DNA of 60,677 nucleotides, counting the filler, from Squatina squatina (lineage: Eukaryota), in the NCBI GenBank assembly GCA_031763465.1. It is 4 parts of 4 records of this genome, joined end to end, with 100 filler letters (N's around TTAATTAATTAA, not from the genome) between each part and the next. Parts side by side here need not be neighbours in the genome. Positions count along the whole stretch, not along the records: positions 13,567 to 34,818 come from JARFOE010000233.1; 3 more parts are not named here. The stretch is one strand, 5' to 3'. How positions within the stretch are numbered: the first letter of the stretch is position 1; each line of letters begins with the position of its first letter. A model generated the notes under the pieces. That model was not told the DNA's origin and ran no database searches. It saw only the letters and a program-made list of their open reading frames with translations. Below are positions 13,467-26,346 of the stretch, one piece after another. Both the position numbers and the translations under genes were made by a program.

Positions 13467-13566
13467 NNNNNNNNNNNNNNNNNNNNNNNNNNNNNNNNNN
13501 NNNNNNNNNNTTAATTAATTAANNNNNNNNNNNNNNNNNNNNNNNNNNNNNNNNNNNNNNNNNNNN
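13467..13566. other. Artificial scaffold spacer N44-TTAATTAATTAA-N44
   Basis: Six-frame stop linker at 13511-13522 inside Ns; identical at 34863 and 47503. Confidence 0.95.
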
Positions 13567-13804
13567 ACTACATTTTACTTCCTGGTTTGCTGTCTATGAG
13601 AATTCTTCAATGTATTTAGTCGCTGAGCTTGCTTGATGATATCACTGTTGCTGAACGCTGGAGATCCCCTAGACTTGGCGCCAGAATCAAAATAACATCG
13701 GGAACAGTGAAATTGATGCCACAGTGATCGCTAGATTTTCGTGGGCAGCCTTCTTAGAGGTCAGCGGCGAGCGGTCACTTTCGTGCTGACTGCAAAATCC
13801 GAGC

Positions 13805-14070
13805 CATTAACTGTTTCTCTCTCCACAGATTATGCCTGACCTGCTAAGTATTTCCAGCCAAAGTGAGCAGACAGTGCTGAGTAAAAACAATAACCCNNNN
13901 NNNNNNCAATGAATCACAACCTATTCAAGACAACTAGAATCAAGCCTCATACAAAAGCAAAATATTGCTGTGCTGGAAATCTGAAATAAAAACAGAGAAT
14001 GCTGGAAATACTCAGCAGCTCAGGCAGCATCTGTGGAGAAAGAAACAGTTAACATTTCAGGTCGATGAAA
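13805..14070. repeat. Two oppositely oriented copies of a short interspersed repeat (gctggaaatctgaaataaaaacaga...)
   Basis: Copy at about 13952-14070 and an inverted partial copy at 13805-13860; related copies near 29650, 40985, 43990 and 58065. Confidence 0.6.
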
Positions 14071-15438
14071 GGTCAACCCTCATTGTCCCACCAGGATTTT
14101 TGTTCCTATGTTAATATGGCTGGAGTCTATTGTGTAAGTAATTGCCATAGACTAGCAGACTAGCTTTTCAAAAGGCAAGGCTAGACTTAAAGAATGCAAG
14201 TTCAGACATGGCACACTTGAGCCAGTTATAATTTTGATGAGTTACAATGAATTCAAAAGCAAAACATAAAATCAGCAATTGTGCAATCCCCCTCTCCCTA
14301 GATTCTTTGCAAATCCTAGTTTCACTCTGCAGTTTTTTTTTAAGACTTGAACTCTATTCAACTTCTTCCCACTGTGCCATGTACTAAACTGAGCACTTAC
14401 TGAGGCGAGGTTCCTTGCAGCTTATTTCCCCAATAAGAGTTGCTGCAATCAGCTATTCCTTAAACATTCCCATGGTTTTCATCTCCACTGCCCTATTTGC
14501 TAAATTTGCCTTTTCTCAGTTTCAACCTTTGTCTCCTTGTCCTACTCTCGCAATTTAGTTTGAAGTAATTTTCCAGATCTACCTTATGCTATCTTTTATG
14601 CACTAGTAAGATAGTAAACATTGTTGTAAATTAGAAACAATAGTGCTCCCGATACCAATCCTTGGGGAACCCAACTCAGCACTCCTCCTTCACCCTTACA
14701 TATCTCCTCCAACAAGTCGCTGCTGTAATCCCTACTTCACTGATCTTAACGGGTTGTCTTTTGTACAGAACTTCGTCAAATGCTTTTTGGAAATTTCGAT
14801 ACACTAAGTTGTAGGATTTTCAACAGTCCAATTGAGATACCACTTCCTCAAAAAGATCAAGAACCTTTGATGATTGTTGTTTACTAGGTTAACATTGTAG
14901 GTAATCCTCGGGTTTACTCCTGATAGTTAATTCCATTGTAGTAGTAAGACTAATGGGTCTGCAGTTGCCTGCATGTGTTTTACTGTCTTTCTGAAAGTGT
15001 GCATCAAGTTAGCCAGATTTCACCTTACTGGTTCTTCTCTAGTATTCAACTCTCTCATGATGACTCACAAATCTTTTCCCTGCCTTTTGTCTGCCTTAAG
15101 ATAAGTACCATCCACCTCTGGTGATTTATTTGCTTGAGGCCTTTACCCTGTCTAATACATCCTCTCATTTATATCATAATCATTCATTCTAGTTGGGTTA
15201 TCACTTCTTAAGGAGGCCGTGTTGCTTATGGCTTCCCTTGTGAATAATTGAACTTGTGACCAGCCCACAACTTGCCATATTTTGGTTATGTAGTCAAATT
15301 CATAGAATTATAGAAAGTTACATCTCAGAAACAAGTCATTCGGTGGTGGTGTTTTTCTCCATATGAGCCGTTTAGTCTAATTCACTTGTGGTATAAATAT
15401 TGGTTGGCTGCTGTGTGATTAAGTTATCTTTCAAATAC

Positions 15439-15595
15439 CTGTGAATGTGCTGTGCAAGCATATCTTCTGTAATACCCATAGTCACAAGAGGTATCCTCCA
15501 GGCAAAAACTAGCTTTGTGTCCTTCAGCAACTTTTCTGTGGGAGGAGGCATCCAGGAGATCATAAAGGATAAATTCATCCATGCTCTGTTAGTGC
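15439..15595 (-). CDS. LOX: LOX exon 4 (copper-binding and LTQ-lysine region); contains an in-frame TAA as assembled
   Basis: 157-nt exon bounded by AG and GT. Translates [51 protein letters not shown] versus canonical HYHSMDEFSHYDLLD...[20 protein letters not shown]. Confidence 0.9.
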
Positions 15596-17096
15596 CTTCC
15601 ATAGCCCTGTCCATCCTAATGGTTCTCCCTCTGAGTCTGTTTCTATTTGTATTCAAGAAACTGTAGTAAGAAAACATGAAGCATACTACTAATGCTTTGA
15701 CATATTCAACTGGAACTTCTATGAGTGATCACCCTACCAGTGCTCTTGGCACTTTGGAGTTTGCAGAGCATATAAAAGTAATAATGTTAATTAGTTCATG
15801 TTCTAATTGAGATAGACAAGCAAGTTTTCTCCNNNNNNNNNNNNNNNNNNNNNNNNNNNNNNNNNNNNNNNNNNNNNNNNNNNNNNNNNNNNNNNNNNNN
15901 NNNNNNNNNNNNNNNNNNNNNNNNNNNNNNNNCCTTTTCCTAAAATTGTCAGAGGAAAATATGGACCTAGTTCTCTGTTTGTTTTGATTAATCTTGTGCT
16001 TTCTCTCATTGTGGATCTCGTTGTGGATCTCAATGTTTCTCCTGGTATCACTGGATCTTTATATTCATTTTTACCTCTTTAGCCTTCTATGTTTTTTTGC
16101 TCTTCAGTTGAGTCACTTGTGGAAAAAGTAAGTAAATAACATTTATACTATGCAAGTGCTAAGAAGTGTCAGCACTCATACTAGCAGTGCAAGCAAGAAT
16201 AATGAAACATATAATCTATTATATTTGCTTTATCAATAAATGTTAATCAGTAAACTCACTCCCTAACAGTATGATGCAAGTTTTCACAACCAGTGACTGG
16301 ACTGAAGTAAAAATGGCCGGGTCATAAAATGAGAATCAGGAAGGAGTGGATATTGTATTCAGTGATAAAGGCAGATGTTGAAAAGGTTTCTCAGATCTTT
16401 GAGGGTTATATTGGTTAAGTTGAACCTCTGCCTTGGGAATAAGGAAAATAAATATATAATTGCTAATAAATGTTATTGTGTATACTCGCTTAGATGGAGG
16501 TGACCTATTTCTGACAGTGAAATAGTTCTACACACATCATTGTCTTGATGCATTAATAAATGTTATGTGACCTCATGATGTATAGTATGGTGCCACACTG
16601 ATCAAGGGCGATAACAAGCAACCACAATTAGATGAACCTTCATTTTTTTAATATATATCCATGTTATCCAAACCATGTTGAATTTGTATGTTGTAGTCAT
16701 GTGTCCTCATAATAATAGTAATGGGTTAACATTTGTTGGACAAAGCTGTTGTAGACTGGGGCAGGTTGACTTTGTCAGACCAGCTGTCTTAAAGGGAAGG
16801 CCATTTCAATCTAGGCACGCCATTCCAGAGATGTCCCAATCATGTTCTTTAACTTGCCTCCAATTGGATCAGAGGAGTAGAAAAGAGCACGGTTGCAAGA
16901 GAGCAACTGAAGGAAGAACAAAAAAAGAAATGGGGAAAATATAATGGCGCGGGCAATTGCCTGACAAATATAAGAATGAAAGTAATCAGCAAAGTAAAAT
17001 AATCAAATGCCATTAATATCCAGCTGAGAAACCAACACATCTGTTTAGAACATGATATTGGTACTGAGCGCATATCATGCTGAAGTTCCCACTTAC

Positions 17097-17234
17097 CGAT
17101 GACAACTGTGCCATTCCCATGAGTAACGAGGTCGACTTGGTAAGAAGTCTGCTGTGCCTTGATTCTTCACTCTCTGTGGAAATCTTAACAGCACTCGCAT
17201 ATCATAGTCCCTGACGTCCGCACTGTAGGCTGAA
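17097..17234 (-). CDS. LOX: LOX exon 3
   Basis: 138 nt, ttgcag acceptor and gtaagt donor; [45 protein letters not shown]. Confidence 0.97.
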
Positions 17235-18206
17235 CTGCAACGCAATATTGGAGAGAGAGTACCATCATCACGCGCTGAAAGTATATACAAGTACAAAAAG
17301 TTTAAAATTCACAAGAGACAGAACAACCGAGTGTGCTCTGAAGTGTGAAACGGCTGCGCTAGAATAAGGCATTGCTCTCGGAGTTGAGAGACAGGCTGAG
17401 GGCACCGAGCAGACAGGAGTGCCAGACTGCAGCCCCTCAGTATGCAGTTTTGTCTTTTTTTGGGGGGGGGCGGCGATTATACAGCACCGATGCACAGNNN
17501 NNNNNNNNNNNNNNNNNNNNNNNNNNNNNNNNNNNNNNNNNNNNNNNNNNNNNNNNNNNNNNNNNNNNNNNNNNNNNNNNNNNNNNNNNNNNNNNNNNNN
17601 NNNNNNNNNNNNNNNNNNNNNNNNNNNNNNNNNNNNNNNNNNNNNNNNNNNNNNNNNNNNNNNNNNNNNNNNNNNNNNNNNNNNNNNNNNNNNNNNNNNN
17701 NNNNNNNNNNNNNNNNNNNNNNNNNNNNNNNNNNNNNNNNNNNNNNNNNNNNNNNNNNNNNNNNNNNNNNNNNNNNNNNNNNNNNNNNNNNNNNNNNNNN
17801 NNNNNNNNNNNNNNNNNNNNNNNNNNNNNNNNNNNNNNNNNNNNNNNNNNNNNNNNNNNNNNNNNNNNNNNNNNNNNNNNNNNNNNNNNNNNNNNNNNNN
17901 NNNNNNNNNNNNNNNNNNNNNNNNNNNNNNNNNNNNNNNNNNNNNNNNNNNNNNNNNNNNNNNNNNNNNNNNNNNNNNNNNNNNNNNNNNNNNNNNNNNN
18001 NNNNNNNNNNNNNNNNNNNNNNNNNNNNNNNNNNNNNNNNNNNNNNNNNNNNNNNNNNNNNNNNNNNNNNNNNNNNNNNNNNNNNNNNNNNNNNNNNNNN
18101 NNNNNNNNNNNNNNNNNNNNNNNNNNNNNNNNNNNNNNNNNNNNNNNNNNNNNNNNNNNNNNNNNNNNNNNNNNNNNNNNNNNNNNNNNNNNNNNNNNNN
18201 NNNNNN

Positions 18207-18232
18207 TGGATCTGGGATTAAATCTGGTAAAC
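18207..18232 (-). CDS. LOX: LOX exon 2, 5' part (remainder in gap)
   Basis: Acceptor ttcttaatttgtag, then (G)LPDLIPDP, matching LOX GLPDLVADP. Confidence 0.9.
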
Positions 18233-18408
18233 CTACAAATTAAGAAACCAATGCATGGATTTAATTCAGTACTGTATTAGTAATCAAAATAAGCATGTGA
18301 TTATAAGAGTTTATTTCCAATCGATTAATTGTTCCTATATTCAGAAACAATAACTACGATTTTCTTCTTTCTGATAAAATAAATTCTAGTTGTGAGCAAC
18401 GGGCTTAC

Positions 18409-18967
18409 CATGTTGGAAGTACCTGGTACCGTACCCGGGTCTGCGGGGCCGAGCCCTGGGTCTCTCATATGTATCGTAGTAATTGTAGTAGGGATTGTCA
18501 TCAGTTTGCTTGTAGGGATTGTAAGGATCGTCCCCGGCCATGACATCCTCATTGCCAGCCCTGCGATTACCCTGGCTCGACGTGTTCTGGCCAGTTGCAG
18601 GTGGCTGTCTGATGTCCTGGGTGGGAGAGGAAGCAGCCGGAGTCTCCTCAGCCCTTTGCCTAGGTGCCCCGCTGGCTCCCCTGCCCCGAGCCCCAGCAGG
18701 CTGCGAGCTTTCCTGAGATCCGGAAGGTCTAGGGTTATTGCTATTTGTGCTCTGCCACCATTGCCTGGCACCTGCCCGCCTGGCCCCGGACGGGCGCTGC
18801 TGGGACGGGGGTAAAGAGGAGACTCCCGGCTCTGGGGCTGCGCGGGCTCCGGAGGGGGTTTGGGGGGAGCGGGCTGAGGATGAGGGTCTCCTCCTGGCAC
18901 CACTGGCTCTGCCGCTGCCTGCCGTGCTGTTGTTGTCACTCAGCAGGAAGAGACTGTTGCTCCCGCT
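18409..18967 (-). CDS. LOX: LOX exon 1, 3' part (propeptide and start of the mature enzyme); start codon in the gap 18968-19375
   Basis: Open frame not shown in the ORF track: [13 protein letters not shown]...ARQWWQS...[51 protein letters not shown]1 cleavage site G|DDP is present; donor gtaagc. Confidence 0.95.
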
Positions 18968-21900
18968 NNNNNNNNNNNNNNNNNNNNNNNNNNNNNNNNN
19001 NNNNNNNNNNNNNNNNNNNNNNNNNNNNNNNNNNNNNNNNNNNNNNNNNNNNNNNNNNNNNNNNNNNNNNNNNNNNNNNNNNNNNNNNNNNNNNNNNNNN
19101 NNNNNNNNNNNNNNNNNNNNNNNNNNNNNNNNNNNNNNNNNNNNNNNNNNNNNNNNNNNNNNNNNNNNNNNNNNNNNNNNNNNNNNNNNNNNNNNNNNNN
19201 NNNNNNNNNNNNNNNNNNNNNNNNNNNNNNNNNNNNNNNNNNNNNNNNNNNNNNNNNNNNNNNNNNNNNNNNNNNNNNNNNNNNNNNNNNNNNNNNNNNN
19301 NNNNNNNNNNNNNNNNNNNNNNNNNNNNNNNNNNNNNNNNNNNNNNNNNNNNNNNNNNNNNNNNNNNNNNNNNNNGAAGGGATTTTAAAGTTGCTGGCAC
19401 ATTCGCAAAGTTACACAACCTGCTCCCAGGCTACTCGCTATTTGTTCACGTAATGCCTAGGAACGTGCAGTTTGACAGTTCCTCTCCATTCTCGCTCCCT
19501 TCCTCCACTCCAGCCGACACGAAGGAATTTCATGGCCCCAGACAACCATCCGTTAGTTTTGCGGCTCGCCAACTAACCGGTGGGTTGTGCCAAAGTATGC
19601 ACAAAAAAAATTAGATCATCATGAGGAACAGCACGCCGATCCAGGCAAAACCTAATAACACATGGCGCGGAGGATTGAGGGAGTTAAAAGGGTGCCTCAG
19701 GGCGGCTGTGACTGAGGTTTGATCGCTGCATGTGCCATGTTATGTTGCCTTGCCATTAGAAAGTAGAACACCAGCCAAAGAAAATTAGAGACGGAAAACA
19801 GTATGTGGTCGTCTTGTGGTTTATGTACCTTCAATTTAAAGCAAACCCCGTTTTACCCAATTTTTAAAGGGAGGGGTTGTGTTCTATAATTGAAAGTTTA
19901 GTCTCGCTGAAGAACTTAGCTCGTCATCGATGCCCGCTGGCTATCCCCTCACTTTAACTGATTGGCGGGTAATATTCTTATTCTCTTAATTTTACCGTAA
20001 ACGTGGATTGTATATATATATACACATAACTATTTAAAGCCCATGTATATTAAACACACTCTTGATAACTATAGATGTATCTTTAAACAGATTTTAAAAT
20101 TGATTGGATTGGATCTATGTTCGTTTCTGAAGTGGAAAAATCATAACGGAATCTCAGCCGAAGCAACCTTTGGACCACCTATCAGTTTCAATAAATGTCT
20201 GGCCACTTCAGCTCTGAGAAACTTCACATGGAATTAATAGTCTGCTTGCAGTTATATTTGTTAAGAAAGTAAATATATCTATAAATCGTGATTCTGGNNN
20301 NNNNNNNTTTACCTTGCAAGTACGTCTGTGATTATAAATTCTTATATTCGCAAAAATATCTGTTGTCTTTTGGTGATATTTGTCATTTTCAGACATGGGC
20401 GCCTATGACGAAATTGTCTAAATGTTGTTCCCCATTTTTAGAATTTGCATGTTTTTGAAGGGAGTGCCTACTTTCTACGGGAACAGAAAATGATCAGTTA
20501 CAAAATGTGGAATATAATTGGTTACTGTTTACGTCTGACACTACACTGCAAATAGCACAGGACCAACAACTATCCGGAAAATGCCAAACGGGTAAATATT
20601 TGTGTCTTTACTTCGTGATCTGAATACTGTCATTNNNNNNNNNNNNNNNNNNNNNNNNNNNNNNNNNNNNNNNNTGTCATTCAGTTTAAAGAACCACCTA
20701 AATAACCTTTATGAAGTCATAAAACAAAATTTAGGAGACCAGTGCGGTCTCGAGTGGAATTCATGGCGAAAGATGTGTTTGATTAAAGATGAGTGCCGAT
20801 ATTGTCAGAAACTCATCTATATTTCAATACAACAATAATAGGCACACTTGATGTATTTCCCCACTCTTGCAATCCAACCATAAGGTAATTGTTGATTTTG
20901 ATCAATTATTTTCAGTGTAAATCACATCAATCTTGGCAGAAAATACATCTACAATCCTTAAACGTTTGTTGAAAGGCATTTTTAGAGATTAAAGTCTCGG
21001 AGAAACGTGTTCTGTAGAAAGGATTTAGGTGGGCAAGTCTTCGCTCAATTAGAAGAAATTCGAGACCTTTAATTAAAACATGTTAAAATGCTTACCGCGA
21101 TTCCCTCAACTTGGTGTAAAAATAATCCGTTCAAACATGATCACGCACATCAATTGTTCAACCCTTAACTGCGAACCACTATCCATCCAAAACCACCACC
21201 AATAATCACTGGGATAAAGTGTCTCTACTGATTTTAAAGTAGAACGAAGTAAAATAGTTTTTATTTTTATCTAATATGGTTTGAGTGAAAATCTGAACCA
21301 GTTCCAACCAATATCTTTCCTAAAATACTGACTGTTTCACGCAATTTAAATTCTCTCTTAATGGTGAGTGTTGCCATCCACATTTGCGCCTCCCAGTGTC
21401 TAATTTCAGTAATACTTTATTGGCTGCGTTTCCATTTTGCAGCTCTGCATCTGTTGATGAAACAAATTTTAGCTCAAAATATCTGTTTTCTTTCCAACAC
21501 ATCGATTACAGTTGTGCGATTTAACCTACGTTTATTGCACCATAAGCCACTGACAGTGCTCATTAAATATTTATCTTCAAAAAATAAGACATTATTGTAA
21601 CTCGCTCTAAATACAAAAAAAAAACCACAATAAACAAGGACGAGGAAGACTATCCTTTTCTAATTTTTCTTCTGGTAGTTCTTTACATAATTCCCAAAGG
21701 AGCTGTGACATTTTGGCAGGTACGTTATCCGGAGCAGTCATTAGAATTTGTACACTCCGGAAACATTTGGAAATACCGCAGTGTTGAGTGATATGCAGAT
21801 GTCTGACGGCAGATACTCATTTCTATTTGAGAGTTCGCGTTGCCCTTTGCTTTTTATAGTTTTAGTACCATCTAATGACTTTGGGTGTTAACCTCGAAAC

Positions 21901-23149
21901 GTTTGCCACTGTTGGTGATGTTAACACTTTTTCATTGTTTCTTTGACATANNNNNNNNNNNNNNNNNNNNNNNNNNNNNNNNNNNNNNNNNNNNNNNNNN
22001 NNNNNNNNNNNNNNNNNNNNNNNNNNNNNNNNNNNNNNNNNNNNNNNNNNGACCACTGAGTAGCGCTATTGTCTTTTAATGCAGCATGAACGTGCTGTGG
22101 ATTTGGAAATTGTGTCCATTTAATTTAAGCATCTATCTATTTTAAGCATCTATCAATGTACCTATCTATCTCTTGTTTTATAAGTAGGAGTTTTTGAAGT
22201 CACAATGATGTTATTAGCTAGAATATCATTCTATGTGAACAACATATGCTTACAACTGGCAGAAAATAGTTTCTATCCCTACGACAGCTATTGGACCTTA
22301 TGGTGGTAAGCGTATTATTTTAGTATTTACTTTTGTGGTTTTTAGGCATGTTAACATGTGAAATGATGAATACCACAGGCTTATAGAGTAGGAAAGAACA
22401 TCTAAACCTACGATGAAGTATGGCCCAAATGGAAAAAAAAAGCTTTTTCGTAAACTCGCATTTGATTGCTATATAAATAAATAGCTGGAGTCCTGCCCCA
22501 CTGAGGTCATGATTCCCAGTATAACCACGATGAACAATGTTGGTAACTACAGTTTTCTTGCTTTTTGTTTTGTTTTTTTGCCGTCTGCTAAAGAAGCTGG
22601 GTATGATTACATCAGTGCTGGCAGTCCCTTCTGTACTACACTCAAGTAGCTATTCATCACATGAGCATTGACTGTTGGCAGGCTGTTCATTCTGGCCATC
22701 AGAGCTAAGCTCAAATCTGTTCTTACCCAATATCCACACATGTGCACTTTCCAGTAAGAGTCATAAATATTATAGGAAAGTAAGCTACACTTGTTCATCT
22801 AACCAACATCACATTTGCCAGGAGTTAACATTCAGGAAATTTTTGAGGGGTGACTTCAGAAGGCTTATGCTGAACACTGAAGACTCGATTTTGTGAGGCT
22901 TCACCAGCAGTGGGTGAAAGTTACAAATTCAGGCACACAACTGATTTACTACCCATTTCCCACCAGGCAGGAAATGTTAAAAAACAACCCCCCGTGATTA
23001 GGACCAGTTCAGTGCTACAGGAGAGGTGGAAACCCATTTGGAGGGATTNNNNNNNNNNNNNNNNNNNNNNNNNNNNNNNNNNNNNNNNNNNNNNNNNNNN
23101 NNNNNNNNNNNNNNNNNNNNNNNNNNNNNNNNNNNNNNNNNNNNNNNNC

Positions 23150-23700
23150 CTCAAAAAAACTTCAAAACTCTTGTTCTGCTGAATCAGGAGTGTGGCACTG
23201 CTTTCACTTGGGCCTACCAGACCTCCATGATCACTAATTCGGTCCATGGGATTAATCTCTGAGTATAATATCAGTAAACTGGCCGTACTATGTCTATAAT
23301 TTAGATCAAGAAATCCCTTCCAGATCATTTGTGGTACAGCATTATGCCCAGTGCACCTAAGGGGAAAGGGGGAATAGAGATCCAATTACTGGGCAGCCAG
23401 CAGTTCTGCAAATGTGTATTGCCCTCTCATGTTATTGCTGTTGGTCAATGGCAAAGGTAATTAAGTTGCTGGCCATGTTGAACAATGTGCCTGTCACTTT
23501 CTTGAGCAGCAAACTGGTTGACACTGCAGACATCCAAGTAGTAGTCTGGAAGTAACCCATCACTTTCAAGTTTACTTTGACAACCACTGACAGTGCTACA
23601 CGAATGTGTGGAGGTCTTTGTGGAGTCACTGCTTCCAAAAGTACTGTCACGAACAGGTGGCTCTGCCTCCTATAAGAGACCCACTGCTTCGCCACCTGAC
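23150..23700 (-). mobile_element. Decayed PIF/Harbinger transposase fragment
   Basis: ALSVVVKV...GYFQ...KKVTGTLFNMASNLITF resembles HARBI1-like ALPVAVKV...GSFQ...REVTDALF..A..YI.F; further on, KGFLDLN resembles RKGFHSLN. Confidence 0.55.
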
Positions 23701-24160
23701 ATTATAGACAGCCCTTCCCTATTCTTGTTTGTCCTCTTCTGTGGCTAAAAACTTGGAAACTAGGAGAAAATTAGAATCAACTTACTGCAAATGAAGACTC
23801 CAACTTTGGCCCTGCAGCCTTACCTTAACACCTGTGCCATCTATGGAAGAGCAATGCATTGCATCTAATGTGTTCCTACCACAATATTGCCTTCAGCTTT
23901 CCCCTAAGTACACAACTGGATCTGTTAAATATTCCATCCGATGATCTGAGCACATTCACACTCTGGCTTGATTTTTGCCTTTTGGCAGTTTTGTTTAGGT
24001 TGTGAAATGTGAGGTATGCAAGTATCGTACAGCACTCTCAACATTGCTACCAGTCTAGCTCATTTCTAGGCTAGTGTTCTAAAATGCCTTATAACTAGTG
24101 CATTATGCAGTACCTTTCTGTGTTAGAATTAAATGACTAAAACTTAACAATTGTCTCTAG

Positions 24161-24367
<207 letters not shown>

Positions 24368-24567
24368 TAATGTTTCTGTTGTAGCAAGATTGTAATGAGT
24401 TTATAGTAAAGATTCACTGTTTTGGATTTGAGTCGAGGTAGTGTGTTTCAAGAAGCCGCTCTACATTATAAAAATGGTACATCTAGCATGCACATCCTAC
24501 CTGTTACACTTCTGCCATCACATTTCCTATATCACATTTTGCTGCATTAGGCAGATTTCTACATCAC

Positions 24568-26085
24568 GGGGGTGAAATTCGGTAGCGTCTCTGTAAAGGC
24601 GTTCCAAAAAGTTTTTGCGTCTTAATCGCATCTGGCCACGGAGGCGCTAGAATGTTGCGAAATTCTTTTTTTTAAAGTTTTTTTGGAGAGGCGCTTTCTG
24701 GAGGCACTAAATCGGCACTTAAGGCGTGATGTGCAGAGGCAAGCTGCTGCCTGCAGAGGCAAGGTGCACACACAACAGTCCAGCCCCTGACTTCACATTG
24801 CAGCAAATGACTTCAGATTGAAGGAGATGAATGCAGATTACAGGAACAAATGCCATACTGAGGGAGTTGCCACCAGAGTGAAGCCAATTGTAAGTCATTG
24901 CAGTAGTACAGTCATCAGTCACAGAGATCAGAGAACACTGTTGTACGGTTCCTTCTAGGAGATCACAGTCTGAAGGAGCCACACTCCCAGATCGGACAGC
25001 TCACTCAGTGCATGACAGCCGACTCAAGAAACTCACAGCTGAGTCAGTGGAGGATCTCAGGGGAATCAGTGCTTAATGAAGTTACTTCTTTCAGCTGAAA
25101 CACATTGTTGTCCAATTACTTGCCCACTTCCTTCATTCACATAAAAGCATGGGTACTTACCACTGTAGCTGCTGCCTTGGTCACATGCACTCCGTACCAT
25201 AGCAGCAGCAAGAAGGAGCCGAAGGTTTACCGATGATACGCTCAAGGTACTTGTCTGTGCCGTCGAAGCCAGGAGGGAACTGCTATACCCTCCTTCAGGG
25301 AGGAGTGCTGGCCTTGCATTGAGACTTGGCAGATGCATTGGCAAAGGTGCCAGAGAGCATTGACTGTTTGATTCAGAGCATAGAGGAGTCGAGCTCCAGG
25401 ATTGTGGAAGGCTCTGCTCAAGCCTTCGAGCATCACGAACATGCGCGAGCTGCTGGGCTCCCAAAAGCACACTCGGGATCCAGTTGCCATGAGTCACTTC
25501 ATGCACGATGTAGCATCATCCATTGGTGCCCTGGCTGATGGCGTCCATTGGTTAACTTCATCAATGGAGTCAGTGTTTGACCACATGGATGCTGCGAATG
25601 ATCTCGCGCAATCACAACATGATGTGATGCAGAGGATTGCTATTACCCTGGAGTCTCACCTCCAGCACAATCAATCAATGACAGATACCATGGCTTCTGC
25701 GTCCACGACGGTGGACCAGGGCTCCGACGTCTGCATCAATACGCAACAATCTGCTGTCCCGCTAACTGATGCGGAAAAGGTGGCGATGACCTGGGGGAGT
25801 GGCATTGCTGCAGTGGAGTCTGGAGGTGCTCTCCACTCTCAGGATGAGAGCATTCAGGCGTCTGCCATTACCACTCCGCCATTACAGATGCCCATGGTTG
25901 GCACTCAGGCAGCCGAGAGTGCTGCTGCACCTCCTGTGGTGGAGCAGTCTGAAGCAGGCCCATCCAGGGCCAAGACTACTCGAAGGCGTCCAAAGAAAAG
26001 ACCTGTCGAAACCCTTTCAACCTCGGAGCAGCCTTCCAGTAGTCCTGCTGCAGCCACACGGGAGTCAGTGAGAAGAAGCATCGTG
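24568..26085 (+). mobile_element. Harbinger-like element with a Myb/SANT-like accessory ORF remnant
   Basis: At about 25200-25300, RRSRRFTDDTLKVLVCAVEARRELLYP resembles the N-terminus of Myb_DNA-bind_5; a helical/low-complexity ORF follows from 25402. The 5' 400 bp are homologous to 60303-60677. Confidence 0.6.
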
Positions 26086-26346
26086 GATAGCACATATAGT
26101 GAGCTGGTCACACCGCAGGTAAAGACTGCACAGGCAGAAAAGGGATGGGTGACCACCACGCAGAGCAGTAGACGCAGGCAGGTAGAGCAGGAGTACCCTG
26201 TGGCCATCCCCCTCTCAAACAGATATACCGCTTTGGGGGAGATGGCTTATCAGGGGAAGGCAGCAGCAGCCAAGTTTGTGACACTGCGGGTGGCTCTGCT
26301 GCACAGGAAGGGAGGAAAAAGCATGGAAGGTCTATGGTGATAGGGG
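26085..26346 (+). mobile_element. CR1 LINE ORF1 fragment
   Basis: VDSTYSELVTPQVK...WVTT...PVAIPLSNRYTAL, typical of CR1 ORF1 upstream of the esterase domain. Confidence 0.6.

Noticed and set aside
13511-13522. TTAATTAATTAA recurring three times as a possible regulatory or recombination site
   Set aside because: Always centred in exactly 44+44 Ns, so it is a synthetic linker.
15372-15677. 101-aa minus-strand and 73-aa plus-strand ORFs
   Set aside because: Off-frame or antisense shadows of LOX exon 4.
18325-18939. 204-aa minus-strand ORF in the track
   Set aside because: Alternative frame over GC-rich LOX exon 1; the real frame encodes GDDPYNPYK.
25402-26340. 312-aa ORF as a novel host gene
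   Set aside because: No ATG at the annotated start; a chimera of a Harbinger-like accessory remnant and a CR1 ORF1 fragment.
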